In this document: in pieces, positions 10,233 to 21,239 of the stretch | How the letters are laid out: every line of letters begins with the position of its first letter | Position numbering within the stretch: position 1 is the stretch's first letter | Origin: Proteromonas lacertae | Lineage: Eukaryota | NCBI GenBank assembly: GCA_002245135.1 | Contig: NGBS01000635.1 | Coordinates: 1-32,175, forward strand | Reading direction: 5' to 3' | Length of the DNA: 32,175 nt | The notes under the pieces: model-generated | The model's database searches: none | Seen by the model: only the letters and a program-made list of their open reading frames with translations | What the model was told of the DNA's origin: nothing | Made by a program: the position numbers and the translations under genes

Positions 10233-12187
10233 ATACAGTATAACACATTTTTTAAACAGACATTATTTACAAGAATATTGATACAACCATAATTATAACT
10301 AATATTTCAACATATTAACATTTTTAATTAAATCTTCATTTATTTCACTATTATTAGCTTATTATCCTAACTGTTCATCAGCATTGCCATAATTTCCTGT
10401 CTTTACATAAATAAGTCCTTCTTTTATAAAATTATTCAAAATATAAATTCAAAGAATCAAGCTTTTCTCAAGTTACAAATAGAAAAAAACTTGAAAATCT
10501 ATTGAAGCTGTATGTATATTTTATAAATAATATATAGTTATGATTATCCTACATGATATACTTGTAAACTGGTTAACAATGAGATGTTTTTGTTTGGATG
10601 AAGGTTTGTAGACAAAGCTGTTAATGTAATAATTTATTTATCTGATAATGTGATATGAATTAAAGTGAAAAAGTAAATCATAATTTCAAATATGTGAATG
10701 ATGTGTGTATTACCTATTTCAAGCATTTAAACTGTGTTTACAATGAAAATGTTTTCATTAATAATGCTACAGATGGATAATTGCTATTATGATGTTTGTA
10801 TATGTGATTTATAGAAATTTACTGGAATAGTAGTTGTATAAATGCTAATTTATTCTTAATAGGAATATTTAGATGAAATTAATGTTCCAAGTCTTAAATG
10901 TGGTAATTAAATGATAGAATCATTATTAATTGGAGAAATTTGTCACTAATGAGGATTACATATAAATTAATATAAGGAGGAAAGAGATAGAGAATAATAT
11001 AATAGCAAACCATTAGTACAGATGATTAGTGATTTTTAACTCTTGCTAAAAGATTTTCATGTAGTGGTTTAAAAAAGATATGTAGTTATTATTAATATAA
11101 GAAAATGAATGAAAATACTGCAAATTGTTTGTTTATATGAAAAACTATGGTTCTTTCTAAAATAGTTCGAGAAAAGAAGAAGGAATTAGAGTGTATAATG
11201 TACGATTTAGAAGCTCAAAAGAGTTGAGTAGGTTAGAAGGAATATTATGTGAATATAAGTAGATAGTTGAAAATGTGTTTGTAATATAAAGCTAAATCAT
11301 AATAAAAAGATTTTTTATTACCATATATAAAGATAAATTTCTGTAATAGTACATACATAGTAATCTTCTTCAATTTTTATTCTTTCGAATAATAATCTTA
11401 AAAATAATAAGAAGACTAATATGTATTTCTCTTATATTCTTTATCATTCTATAAAAAGTATATATATCATACAAAAACTAAAAGAAAATAATATGCTTGA
11501 AAAATGTTTGTGTGAAAACATTATGAAGTCAGAAGGGGTATAATTCTTAATTCCTATATAACTGCTACTTTTTATTATAACATAATACTAATATATTAAT
11601 TTTATATTTGACATATATATGATGAGTACTACAGTTTTATGTAGTTTTATGTTGCACAAAATAGTTGTCTATAGTACAAACTAAATATATTTGAACATAA
11701 CTCATCGTCAACATCATAAATATGATATTAGTTTTGAAAAAAGTCTTCTTAACGCCCAACGGCGCATTTAGCTCAACGGCGCACAACAGCATTAACTATA
11801 CCAATAAGTTTTTCTTGGTTATACTGTTTAAGAATGTTTTTGTATTCATTTATTTTTCCTCATAATATTAATATATAAACTATTCCATCGAGTTGTCGTT
11901 AAAGTAGGTATACATAAATTGAGCTTATTTTGTTTACGACGGTTCTTAGTTGTTTACCTAGATCTACAAATACTTTTACATTAATATCTATAACTCCTCC
12001 TTGAACCATAGCCCCATTAATAGCAAGCTGAAGGCTATGGTTCATACATCTTACATTTGTTACACATGCATCTCTTATACCTTTCACCATATTCTTTCCA
12101 TTGTCTGAAGTAACTGAAGTTATTTCAAATCCATACATTTCTTTTATGAAATTTATTGAGTCTTTTATAATTTGATGAAAACTCTCC

Positions 12188-12805
12188 TGTTTTCCGCCAT
12201 TTGTCATAGTTGGCCGTTAGTATACCAGACATTTTTAAAACAAACTAACTATATATTCTCATTTGTCTTGATGAAAAATTGTTACTTTTATACTTACTTT
12301 GTCATATGACCTACCTCTGCAGTATACTTATTTTGTTAATATAAATAGTTTGAATATTTGCGCCATTTGTTTTCTTGAAATTTTATGAAGCAAACTAAAT
12401 GCATATTTAGCTAATATAGACTAAAATACATTAGCTGAAATAATTAGAATGTAATAATTATTAATTCTTTCTATATAAAAAAAGAAATGTAAAATATTGG
12501 CTTGAGTGAGGCTTGATTCTATATTTTCTTTTTTCATTTTAAATGTCTTATGATCAACATTAAGTAATTCTAATTATTACATTCTAATTATTTCAGCTAA
12601 TATATTTTAGTCTATATTAGCTAAATATACATATAGTTTACTTCAAAAATTTCAAGAAAACAAACGGCGCAAATATTCAAGCTATTTTTATTAACAAGAA
12701 AGTATACTGCAGAGGTAGGTTATATAACAAGTAAGAATATACATTTAGTTTGTTTTAAAAATGTCTAATAGACAAACGGCCAATTATGACAAATGGCGCA
12801 CAACA
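12188..12805. mobile_element. Near-palindromic MITE of the TGTTGT family (diverged copy)
   Basis: Ends TGTTTTCCGCCATTTGTCATAG and TATGACAAATGGCGCACAACA, with long inverted arms homologous to 18907-19542. The TSD is imperfect (TCTCC/TCTTA). Confidence 0.9.
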
Positions 12806-13243
12806 TCTTAATCTTTTTTAATTATAAAAACACCAATAGCACGACGTGATATTTGTGCAGGTGTAGAGATAAAAGAATTAACCAATCATTTTATGTATTA
12901 TTTGTGTTGAATTATGTAAGAAGTAAACTGTTTATAAACAAGTTATATAGATGAAAGAAGAAATAAAATTAATTTAAATCAACAAATTTTATAAAATATT
13001 CTAAATTACAAAAATAAATTTCAATTTATGATATATTCTCGATAAGCTACGTATGCAGCATAGACTCATCAAGTCTATGGTTAAGTGGTATAACATAGCC
13101 TGGTTGAGTTGTTAAAATAATTGGCTCAAATATATGGTTAAGATGTTAGGAGGACATATAATCGAAAATTCAAATAGATGATATTCATTTTGTAAGTTTA
13201 CTTCTGAGAAGTATAACCATTTTCAACCGTTAGATTTCCCTGC

Positions 13244-14208
13244 ATGTTAGTGTTTATAGAATTGATACTTTTATTATATATAATTTATTATAATAAAAAC
13301 AATAATGAAACATATTATTGGAATGAGTTCATGAAAATTAATAAAATTAAATATACATCTCTTATTTTATTCTCTCCTTACAAGGGATGTGGTTTTGCAA
13401 ATAAAATACCTACATTAACTAGTAGTATATTGCTATCATTAGTTAGTTATCATCCTTTATATATAGTTAACTGGTATGAGATTTTAAATTATTTCAAATT
13501 TCCTTTATCAATTTTTCTTTCAAAATGTAATTCAACTCACTTTTACACATTTAATAAAAAGAATTTAACTAATCTGAAACTTATAAACAAGAATATAACT
13601 ATCAAAATATTTATTTATCACAGTTTTACATCACTCGTTCTTCAATATTTTAATTATTCTCTACAACTAAAAACTATATTCACTGTAATAAATAAGCTTA
13701 ATATGCCATTAGAAATGTTTTTACATCATACATTTTTAATACCTACAAAGTATATATCAAAATATATTAAAGGATTTAAATTATTGCTTAAGAGAGCAAT
13801 TGTTGTTGGAGTTCATATACGAACGGGGTATTTATCAGATTTTGGAGAAAAGAATACATTTTTTTTAATAACAACAGTATTTCATTATATACAAAAGTGA
13901 TAAATGAAATTTTAGATTATAATAAGAAATATAAGTTATTCATTATATCAGATTCTTCAATAATATTGAGATATTTTAAACTAAAATATAATAAGAATAT
14001 AATTAATTATTCTATTCCAGGTGATATATGCCATGCAAGCAATTTTATGCACGGAAGACTTAGAAGAAATGAATGTGTCATCCGGCTAATATCAGAAAAT
14101 TATATTTTATCTGAATGTAATATATTGATAGGTTGTAGATCAAGCACATATTTTAGTTTGGCATGTTTAAGGAGTAAAAATAAGTGCATTAAAATAAGAA
14201 CCATTTAA
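13244..14208 (+). pseudogene. Fucosyltransferase-like (GT-B; GT37/NodZ/GT23-type), single frameshift in a T homopolymer
   Basis: N-terminal anchor followed by GCGFANKI, VGVHIRTG, IISDS and LSECNILIG..SSTY. The break is at the T8 run 13859-13866; adding one T fuses the two ORFs. Paralogue of 26660-27613. Confidence 0.8.
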
Positions 14209-14664
14209 TCTTTAACTATGCATACTACATATTGATGATGTGAAACTACTTGATATATTTCTTAAGGTATTTTTTAATAGTGTTTTATGGAGTGATGTTA
14301 AGGTATAGAAGCATCTGATATATTCAAAGTATGCTTCGTTCTTTGATCGATTGAACTGATGAACAACCCTTGTTGTGTTATACTTTGATGTTGAAAAGCA
14401 ATACCTGATCAAAAGTTGGTTATTCATATAAGTTCAAGATATGCAGATATTATAAACGAAGAAACTTTCTTTGATAAGTTAGCACCGCAACAAGATTCAG
14501 AAGACTTAGAAATGGTGTTGCTCAGAAGAGTGGAGAGTTAAAGCCTTTGGATGAAACCATTTGATGGAAATGATAAAATTGACTTCTTCTGGTGATTCCA
14601 ACGATCTGGCTTCAGCTAAACGGCATCCATAAGATCAACATTTGTGCTAGGTACAATTATGGAG

Positions 14665-15855
14665 TTTGTCTAGTTGGCCTTCTGTTTACCAGACACTTTT
14701 AAAACAAACCTGAGTTCGGCAACGGGACGTCCTTTTGTGTTTTGTCCCGTCCCTTGTCCTTTTCATACACGAAAACTTCTCGTTGATTACACATGTCCTC
14801 TTTGTCCCGTGACGTGTAGTTTAACACGTCCTTTTTTGTCCTATATTTTTGAGTTTGAGTTTCTGTTTTTTTAATAAAAAATATTCTGCAATAGCATTAA
14901 ATAAGCTTAATATTAAGTATTACATACTATACTCAAGTCATTTTTGTATATCCTAAATAATATCTTTTGAAAATCCAATTAAGCCATATTTGCTATATCT
15001 ATGAATAATATTTAACCCACTTATACCACTTAGATAACTCTGTATAGTTTAATGAAGAATATCCCCATTTACAAACACTCATCACATTACAGAACTTCAC
15101 ATGATACATGCTTATCATTGCACTAATTTGTATTATAAAATATGCCTGGATTAAATACAAATAAAATGTAGAAAAAAACAATGTTTGATTAACTCGAGTT
15201 CTTTCATTTTTAATATCATATATTATTCACCTTCTTCCATTTTTCGCGAAAGTATTTCAACCGATATATGCTTTACAACATATGAGATATACTTTAGAAA
15301 TTTAAAGAAAATCTATGACATTATATCAACAATACCATGTTTAATGTTCAAGCTCTTTTATTGAGAGAATTTTCTCCATCGAAAGAGTAATACATTCATA
15401 CAGGAGAAATAGATTAAACTTAGATACTATTAATAACATTATGAGATTAAAGTATGAATTAGTTGAGAGAAATAAGAGAGAATAAGAACAAAATGTAGGA
15501 AGTGATGAAGATGAAAATAGAGAAATTACTAATGTGGAAGTAATAAGTAAAGAAGATGATGAGCAAAGTGAAGAAGGTAGTCCAGATTATCAATGTTATT
15601 ATTAATTATCTTTATTCTTACTTATAAATGTTTTAATAAACAAAAAAATCACATAATTTATTTATATTACAAAAAGGTAATATCAAATGTTTACAAAAGG
15701 GACAAATTGCTGTCCTTTATCATACTCTTGTCCCGGACATGTCCTTTTTGTCCCTGTCCCCGCCGAACTCAAAAACAAACTAAATTCATATTCTTACTTA
15801 TTTAGATGAAAAATTGTTACTTTTATACTAACTATGTCATATAATCTATGTCTGC
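14665..15855. mobile_element. Degraded MITE arm split by the nested hAT derivative
   Basis: TAGTTGGCC...CCAGACACTTTTAAAACAAAC ends at 14709 and resumes as TAAATTCATATTCTTACTTATTTAGATGAAAAATTG at 15781. Confidence 0.75.
14710..15772 (+). mobile_element. Internally deleted hAT element (second family) with 8-bp TSD
   Basis: TIRs CTGAGTTCGGC and GCCGAACTCAA, TSD AAACAAAC (14702-14709 and 15773-15780), and subterminal TGTCC repeats. Remnant dimerisation domain ERIFSIERVIHSYRRNRLNLDTINNIM at ~15363-15450. Confidence 0.9.
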
Positions 15856-15859
15856 TACT

Positions 15860-17346
15860 TTATTATTTTTTGAAGTTAATGTTTCATTGAATACTGTTGA
15901 AAAATATTTTGTTTGAATGAAAAATTGCTATAGAATTGATATAACTTCTAGCTTGTTTTTGGGTTATTTTTGTATTCATTTGTTTTTCTTCATAATATTG
16001 ATGCAATATTTCTTTACTTTCATAAAATTTCTATAACATAATATATAAACTATTCCATCGAGTTGTCGTTAAAGTAGGTATACATAAATTGAGCTTATTT
16101 TGTTTACGACGGTTCTTAGTTGTTTACCTAGATCTACAAATACTTTTACATTAATATCTATAACTCCTCCTTTAACCATAGCCCCAGTAATAGCAAGCTG
16201 AAGGCTATGGTTCATACATCTTACATTTGTTACACATGCATCTCTTATACCTTTCACCATATTCTTTCCATTGTCTGAAGTAACTGAAGTTATTTCAAAT
16301 CCATACATTTCTTTTATGAAATTTATTGTGTCTGTAATTGTGTCTGCCTTTTCATTAACAACTTCTACAACACCAAGTGTTACTGTAACTAATTCAAACA
16401 AATCGTTGCAATAACATCCACTAATACCTACTAGTTCATTGGAACGCTCCGATTTCCACCCATCTATAGCAAGTGCGACGTGTTTACCATTTAAATCTTT
16501 CTTTAATTTATCCTATAAAAAATGTAAAAATAATATACAACAATTTCTGTGTTTCTTTTAATTAAAAAGTCATTATATACCACTCTTCTTGATGGCTTAT
16601 ATCCTAATATATTGCAGAATCTACGAAAATTACTACTGTCTAACACAGTAGTGCTTATATGATCGTAAGTGATGAAATCAAATAAGCTTTGTTTTATCTC
16701 ATCATTGTTTATCTTTACATCTTCATCTACATAATTATGTGAACTTATTTGGTGAATTTTGACAGCCTTTCCAATTTTCACGTTACAAGCGTTTCGAACA
16801 CCACAAAATATGCAAATGCATTTATCAAGGCTTTTTATCTTTAACATATTATACCAAATGGTTTTGTAGAAGTTAAAATTAAGATGTTCAAGCATATTTG
16901 CCTCTTTTAAGGCAATAACTTCACGAGCCACTCCAATTGGTAAAACTATACTCCTAGAATACAAAATGATAGATTATATTAGATACATTTATAATAATTT
17001 TAAGAAATGATTAATGTCAAGCTAAAAGTTTGCCATTTTTTCTTGCAAATTTTTATAATCATTCTATACTTTATATTACATATAAAACACAATAGAATAA
17101 CTCATTGGTAAGGTTAGATTCAATTATGAAGAAAGAAAAAGCGCATCGACCGACGGTTAATCCGGTATTTTATAGAATGATATATAGAGCTTGAATTCAA
17201 TATGTACAGTTAGATAATATTATTAATATCACATGTTTAGGAGGAGGTCAGCTAATAGTTACTACAGCCTGGTGTCGGTCAACATTTGTTTATTGACCTA
17301 CGACTGATCGGTTTTCTCCGTCAGTCATGACCGATTTATACAATTA
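15860..17346 (-). mobile_element. hAT transposon copy B (5' half) with a spliced transposase gene
   Basis: After splicing 16513-16538 the frame runs from a BED-like CIFC...H...H region through LAIDGW, TSDNGKNM and RCMNHSLQLAI. TRWNS follows after a frameshift. The end at ~17315-17344 is inverted-similar to the 7475 terminus. Confidence 0.88.
16513..16538 (-). other. 26-nt spliceosomal intron (GT...AG, phase 0)
   Basis: GTATATTATTTTTACATTTTTTATAG. Its removal joins TEIV to DKLKKDLNGKHVALAIDGW in frame. Confidence 0.8.
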
Positions 17347-17524
17347 GGGTTAGTTTGTTTTAAAAATTGCAAAGAATATTGTTAAATTTAATATACTATA
17401 ACTCCTAAAATTATAATATGAAATATGATTCTATTGTAATGCTAAAAGTAATTTTCTATTATGTAATATATGATATTACACAGTAATAAACAAATAATCT
17501 TAAGAATGATATATAAATGTATGG

Positions 17525-18445
17525 TTATTTGCAAAATATTCTATTAATATATCCTATATCAAAAGGTACAGCTCTAAATAAATACAATTGCAAAGGCATG
17601 ATTTTTGTTTTCCAAACATCCACTAATTCATTATAATTAAGAGGTAAATGAGGGAGATGAATATCAATAATATTTCTATTTATTGATGATAGATTCTTTG
17701 GCCAAGAATTTCTATTAATTCTTGTATTTTTTATGTCTCTTATATGAAATATAACACTATTATTGTATTTTTTCCACATTTTTATTTTATCTCTTAAATA
17801 TACTTCATCCATATAACAATATTTTTCAAAATATTTCATACCTTTTTTCATTAAATTATTCATCAAATTTAAAGTTAACTTATCGATACTATTGTATATT
17901 ATATCAGATTTTAATATTTCTTTCCATATATATTTATTTCCTACCATATAACACATTGTCCATCTTCCTTTACTATTACCTTGACCATATCCATATTTAT
18001 CGTATGATTTTATTGTCAATTTATTGATATTAACATCATTAAAAAATGATGCAGATAATGGTATCATATCAACATCAGCAAGAAAAAAAAAAACACCTTC
18101 TTTAGATTTTTTACTAATTTTAAATCCAAATATTCTTGATAATTTTGAGGAATAGTGAAGCGAAACATTATTATCAAATTTTGCTATTATTACTTCACTG
18201 GATATATTAACTAAAATATTTTTTATAAATATAACTTCATTGGTAATAGAGTGACAAACAATAATTATTATTGTACTAAAGCCATTTAATTTCCATGCTT
18301 TTGCAGCAATTGGCAAATAAGATATATATGACAATGAACTAGCAGAAAGCTGAATGTAAATATTGTAGTTGTTGTTATTATTATGAATAATACAATATAC
18401 TAAAAACAAAAAAATAATTGTATGTATAAACATATTATTACACAA
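17525..18445 (-). CDS. Type II membrane protein, putative GT-A-fold glycosyltransferase (DxD)
   Basis: 306-aa intact ORF with an N-terminal anchor, FFFLADVDMIPL (DxD), YMDEVYL and a C-terminal IDIHLP. Confidence 0.6.
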   Translation of the reverse strand: MCNNMFIHTIIFLFLVYCIIHNNNNNYNIYIQLSASSLSYISYLPIAAKAWKLNGFSTIIIIVCHSITNEVIFIKNILVNISSEVIIAKFDNNVSLHYSSKLSRIFGFKISKKSKEGVFFFLADVDMIPLSASFFNDVNINKLTIKSYDKYGYGQGNSKGRWTMCYMVGNKYIWKEILKSDIIYNSIDKLTLNLMNNLMKKGMKYFEKYCYMDEVYLRDKIKMWKKYNNSVIFHIRDIKNTRINRNSWPKNLSSINRNIIDIHLPHLPLNYNELVDVWKTKIMPLQLYLFRAVPFDIGYINRIFCK

Positions 18446-18558
18446 ATATAGACTATAAGGTATTTATTAGTAATTAATAATAAATAACAAGGAATGATAT
18501 ACTCAATATTTACTTCTTCACAACTCCATAACTTAGTATAAATAACACCATTGTGTAA

Positions 18559-18619
18559 TTAGTTTGTTTCTAAAGTCTCTAGCCCCTCAACAGGGAGTTG
18601 TACTCAACGGTGTACAACA
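18559..18619. mobile_element. Orphan right terminus of a TGTTGT-family element
   Basis: TTAGTTTGTTTCTAAAGTC...CTCAACGGTGTACAACA is the reverse complement of the 2001-type end. Confidence 0.7.
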
Positions 18620-18906
18620 TGACTTAATTCACTTAACAGCGTTTTAAATGAAAGCTTAGATAGAGTTAAATCAAAAATTTTGTCATTTTGCTAAAATTAT
18701 CTTATCTTAAAACTTAGACTAAAAATTTGCAGCTGAGATATAACAACTATAAGTAGATGAATAATATATATATAGTTAAATATTTATTGATTGTTATCGT
18801 ATTTGAATTTACATAAATAACATAGATTTCCTAAGGAGAATTTGTTTTTAGTATATTTTTAATTAGAGGTAATTAGTTTCTGTTAGAGTAGGCCGTCTGT
18901 CTACCA

Positions 18907-19542
18907 TGTTGTGCGCCGATTGTCATAGTTGGCCATTTGTCTACCAGATACTTTTAAAACAAACTAAATGTATATTCTTACTTGTCTTGATGAAAAATTG
19001 TTACTTTTATACTTACTTTGTTATATGACCTAACTCTGCAGTATACTATTTTGTTAATAAAAATAGCTTGAATATTTGTGAGTTTGTTTTCTTGAAATTT
19101 TTGAAGTAAACTATATGTATATTTAGCTAATATAAACTAAAATACATTAGCTGAAATGATTAGAATGTAATAATTATTAAAAATTTCTACATAAAAAAAG
19201 AAATGTAAAAAATAGGCTTGAGTAAGGCTTGATTCTATATTTTCTTTTTTAATTTAAATGTCTTATGATCAACATTAAGTTATTCTAATCATTTCAGCTA
19301 ATGTATTTTAGTCTGTATTAGCTAAATATGCATTTAGTTTGCTTCATAAAATTTTAGAAAACAAACGGCACAAATATTCAAACTATTTTTATTAACAAAA
19401 TAGTATACTGCAGAGTTAGGTCATATAACAAAATAAGTATAAAAGTAACAATTTTTCATCAAGACAAGTAAGAATATACATTTAGTTTGTTTTAAAAGTA
19501 TCTGGTAGACAAATGGCCAACTATGACAATCGGCGCACAACA
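18907..19542. mobile_element. Full-length 636-bp near-palindromic MITE with 5-bp TSD, inserted into an older copy of itself
   Basis: TGTTGTGCGCCGATTGTCATAG ... CTATGACAATCGGCGCACAACA, with ~260-bp inverted arms. TSD TACCA at 18902-18906 and 19543-19547. The flanks GGCCGTCTGTC|TACCAGACACTTTCAAAACAAACTAA form an older arm running to ~19640. Confidence 0.95.
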
Positions 19543-20078
19543 TACCAGACACTTTCAAAACAAACTAAATGCATATTCTTACTTATTTAGATGAAAAATT
19601 ATTACTTTTATACTTACTTTGTCATATAACCTACATCTGTGAGTAAAAAATATATTCTAGAAATTATGCATATTCCAAATTTTATGTTTTTATAGACATA
19701 TGATGTCCAAATTCCGTATACATATAATACAAATTCGGCTTGAAAATGATAAATATTTGAAAACAGTTACTTGTCTCCTCAACTGTAATGTTTTGAAAGA
19801 AGTTAATATGTAAAATTTTAAATCAATTTCTAATCTATATTTTATTTTACTATTTTTGATTTATATATGAAATTCAAAATCTAATATTGTCATTTGTTAA
19901 GTAAGTGAAACAAAAACGTTATAGAATATAGATATATATGAAAAATATCTTCAAATGAAGGAGAAAAAGATTTGTAGATACACAATTCTACAAAAATTAG
20001 ATATATCTTTGAGAACCTATAATAAGTACATAAGAATCTATATTCGAAATTAATGAATATTTTATATAGAACAAATGG

Positions 20079-21239
20079 ATGAAATATTCGATGAATATGA
20101 CCTCTGCTTATCATAATGCACTTAAGAGAAAATTGAATAAGATCATCTACAACAAGGTGAAAGATAACAAAAAAATAAAACTAGATCTCAGTCACATGGC
20201 TAACCCAACAGCCATTGTTGACAAAGGCAATGGTACATATGGATTAGACATCTATGATCCTAAATCTAGTTTCAATAAATTTTATGATACTATAGGAGAT
20301 GAGGATGATATAGAGGAATTATCAAAGCCTGTTAATCCAAATATAAATGCAACAAAAAACAATTTCATGACTGATGAGATGAAATACAAATTATATATGT
20401 CAGGCATCACAGATCAGTTTGGACGATATTATAGGAACATAGGTAAGTATAACAAACCATACTCAGATTATTATGCTCAACCAGAGAATTTAACATATCA
20501 ATGGCAAAATCCATTTTTATCTCAAATTGAAGGACAACCATTACAACAATGGGGATCACAGTACAATGTAAATTCATATCAATCCAATCCAAGATGGAAT
20601 AATAATGCTGGTACAACACAAAAAGACCGTGATTATGAATATAAACAAGCATATGAAATAGAAAAAGCAAGGAATCAAGAATACCAGAGATAGATAGCAA
20701 CAATGGAAGAAAGAGAAAAAGAGTCATTAATTGCAAAAATTGATAAATATTTTTCAGGTAATACAACATACGATTGGTTGAAATTTGGTGTGAAGTTCTG
20801 CTTATGTACTGTTGGTATACTATTTCCTGATAGTACTGTTGGTGCAATATTAAAGTATTTAGTAAATGCAGGAATAGGATATAGTGGTGTTATGCAATGG
20901 ATATTTGGTTTATCTCCAGCATGGGTTAATGCAGCATCTTTTGTTTCAATGTTAACTCCTAATTTTGTCAGTTTGGTATACAATCATTGGAATACAACTC
21001 CTCCAATGGATATGTCACAATGGATTCATTCTAAGTTAGATAGTATAATGGGTTTCTTTACTACATCACTAAGTAATATATACATATGGTTCAGAGGTAT
21101 ATTTGGTGCTACTCCTTCAACAACAAATTCGACGAGTGCGCCGGCCACTTCAAATATTCAAGCATCGAATGTTACAACTGCCCCCAGTTCTAATAATACT
21201 ACTTCAATACCTGCAACTGGCGCAGGTTATAATAATTAA
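20079..21239 (+). pseudogene. Hypothetical gene with an in-frame stop (possibly viral)
   Basis: ORFs 20079-20693 and 20703-21239 are in the same frame, separated by a single TAG (YQR*IATMEE). The product has a Q/N/Y-rich middle, hydrophobic helices and an S/T-rich tail. Confidence 0.5.

Larger units (their letters stand above)
8448..11788. mobile_element. 3341-bp TIR transposon with TGT...ACA ends and 5-bp TSD (Ginger2/TDD- or IS481EU-like), non-autonomous or decayed
   Basis: Near-perfect TIRs over 100 bp starting TGTTGTGCGCCGTTGAGCTA. Perfect TSD GCATT at 8443-8447 and 11789-11793. Removing the element restores the hAT frame (QEKLIGIVNAIKPKEDELLKF). Confidence 0.92.
7475..12187 (-). mobile_element. 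hAT transposon copy A (3' half), interrupted by the 8448-11788 element
   Basis: Terminus CAGGGTTGTATTTATCGGT at 7475. Transposase pieces: TSDNGKNM...RCMNHSLQLAI (11899-12180), TRWNS (~11880), LDPRVK (7899-8420) and the dimerisation motif ATSSEPERIFSEAG (7742-7945). Confidence 0.9.

Noticed and set aside
7475..13242. CAGGG (7475) and CCCTG (13242) as paired hAT termini
   Set aside because: Similarity stops after 5 bp and there is no 8-bp TSD (CTGGATAC vs CATGTTAG).
14674..15805. Cys/Pro-rich ORFs 14674-14874 and 15593-15805 as Zn-finger proteins
   Set aside because: They are translations of the TGTCC subterminal repeats of the hAT element.
2001..18619. One giant element bounded by the TGTTGTAC ends at 2001 and 18619
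   Set aside because: The flanks (GACAA vs TGACT) do not form a TSD and the arms diverge after ~17 bp.
5747..21239. Alternative genetic code (TAA/TAG read as Gln), suggested by in-frame stops at 5747, 15483, 16031, 20691 and 21237
   Set aside because: Intact host genes end with TAA/TAG at the expected domain ends. The interrupted genes mostly also carry frameshifts, so ordinary decay explains the stops.
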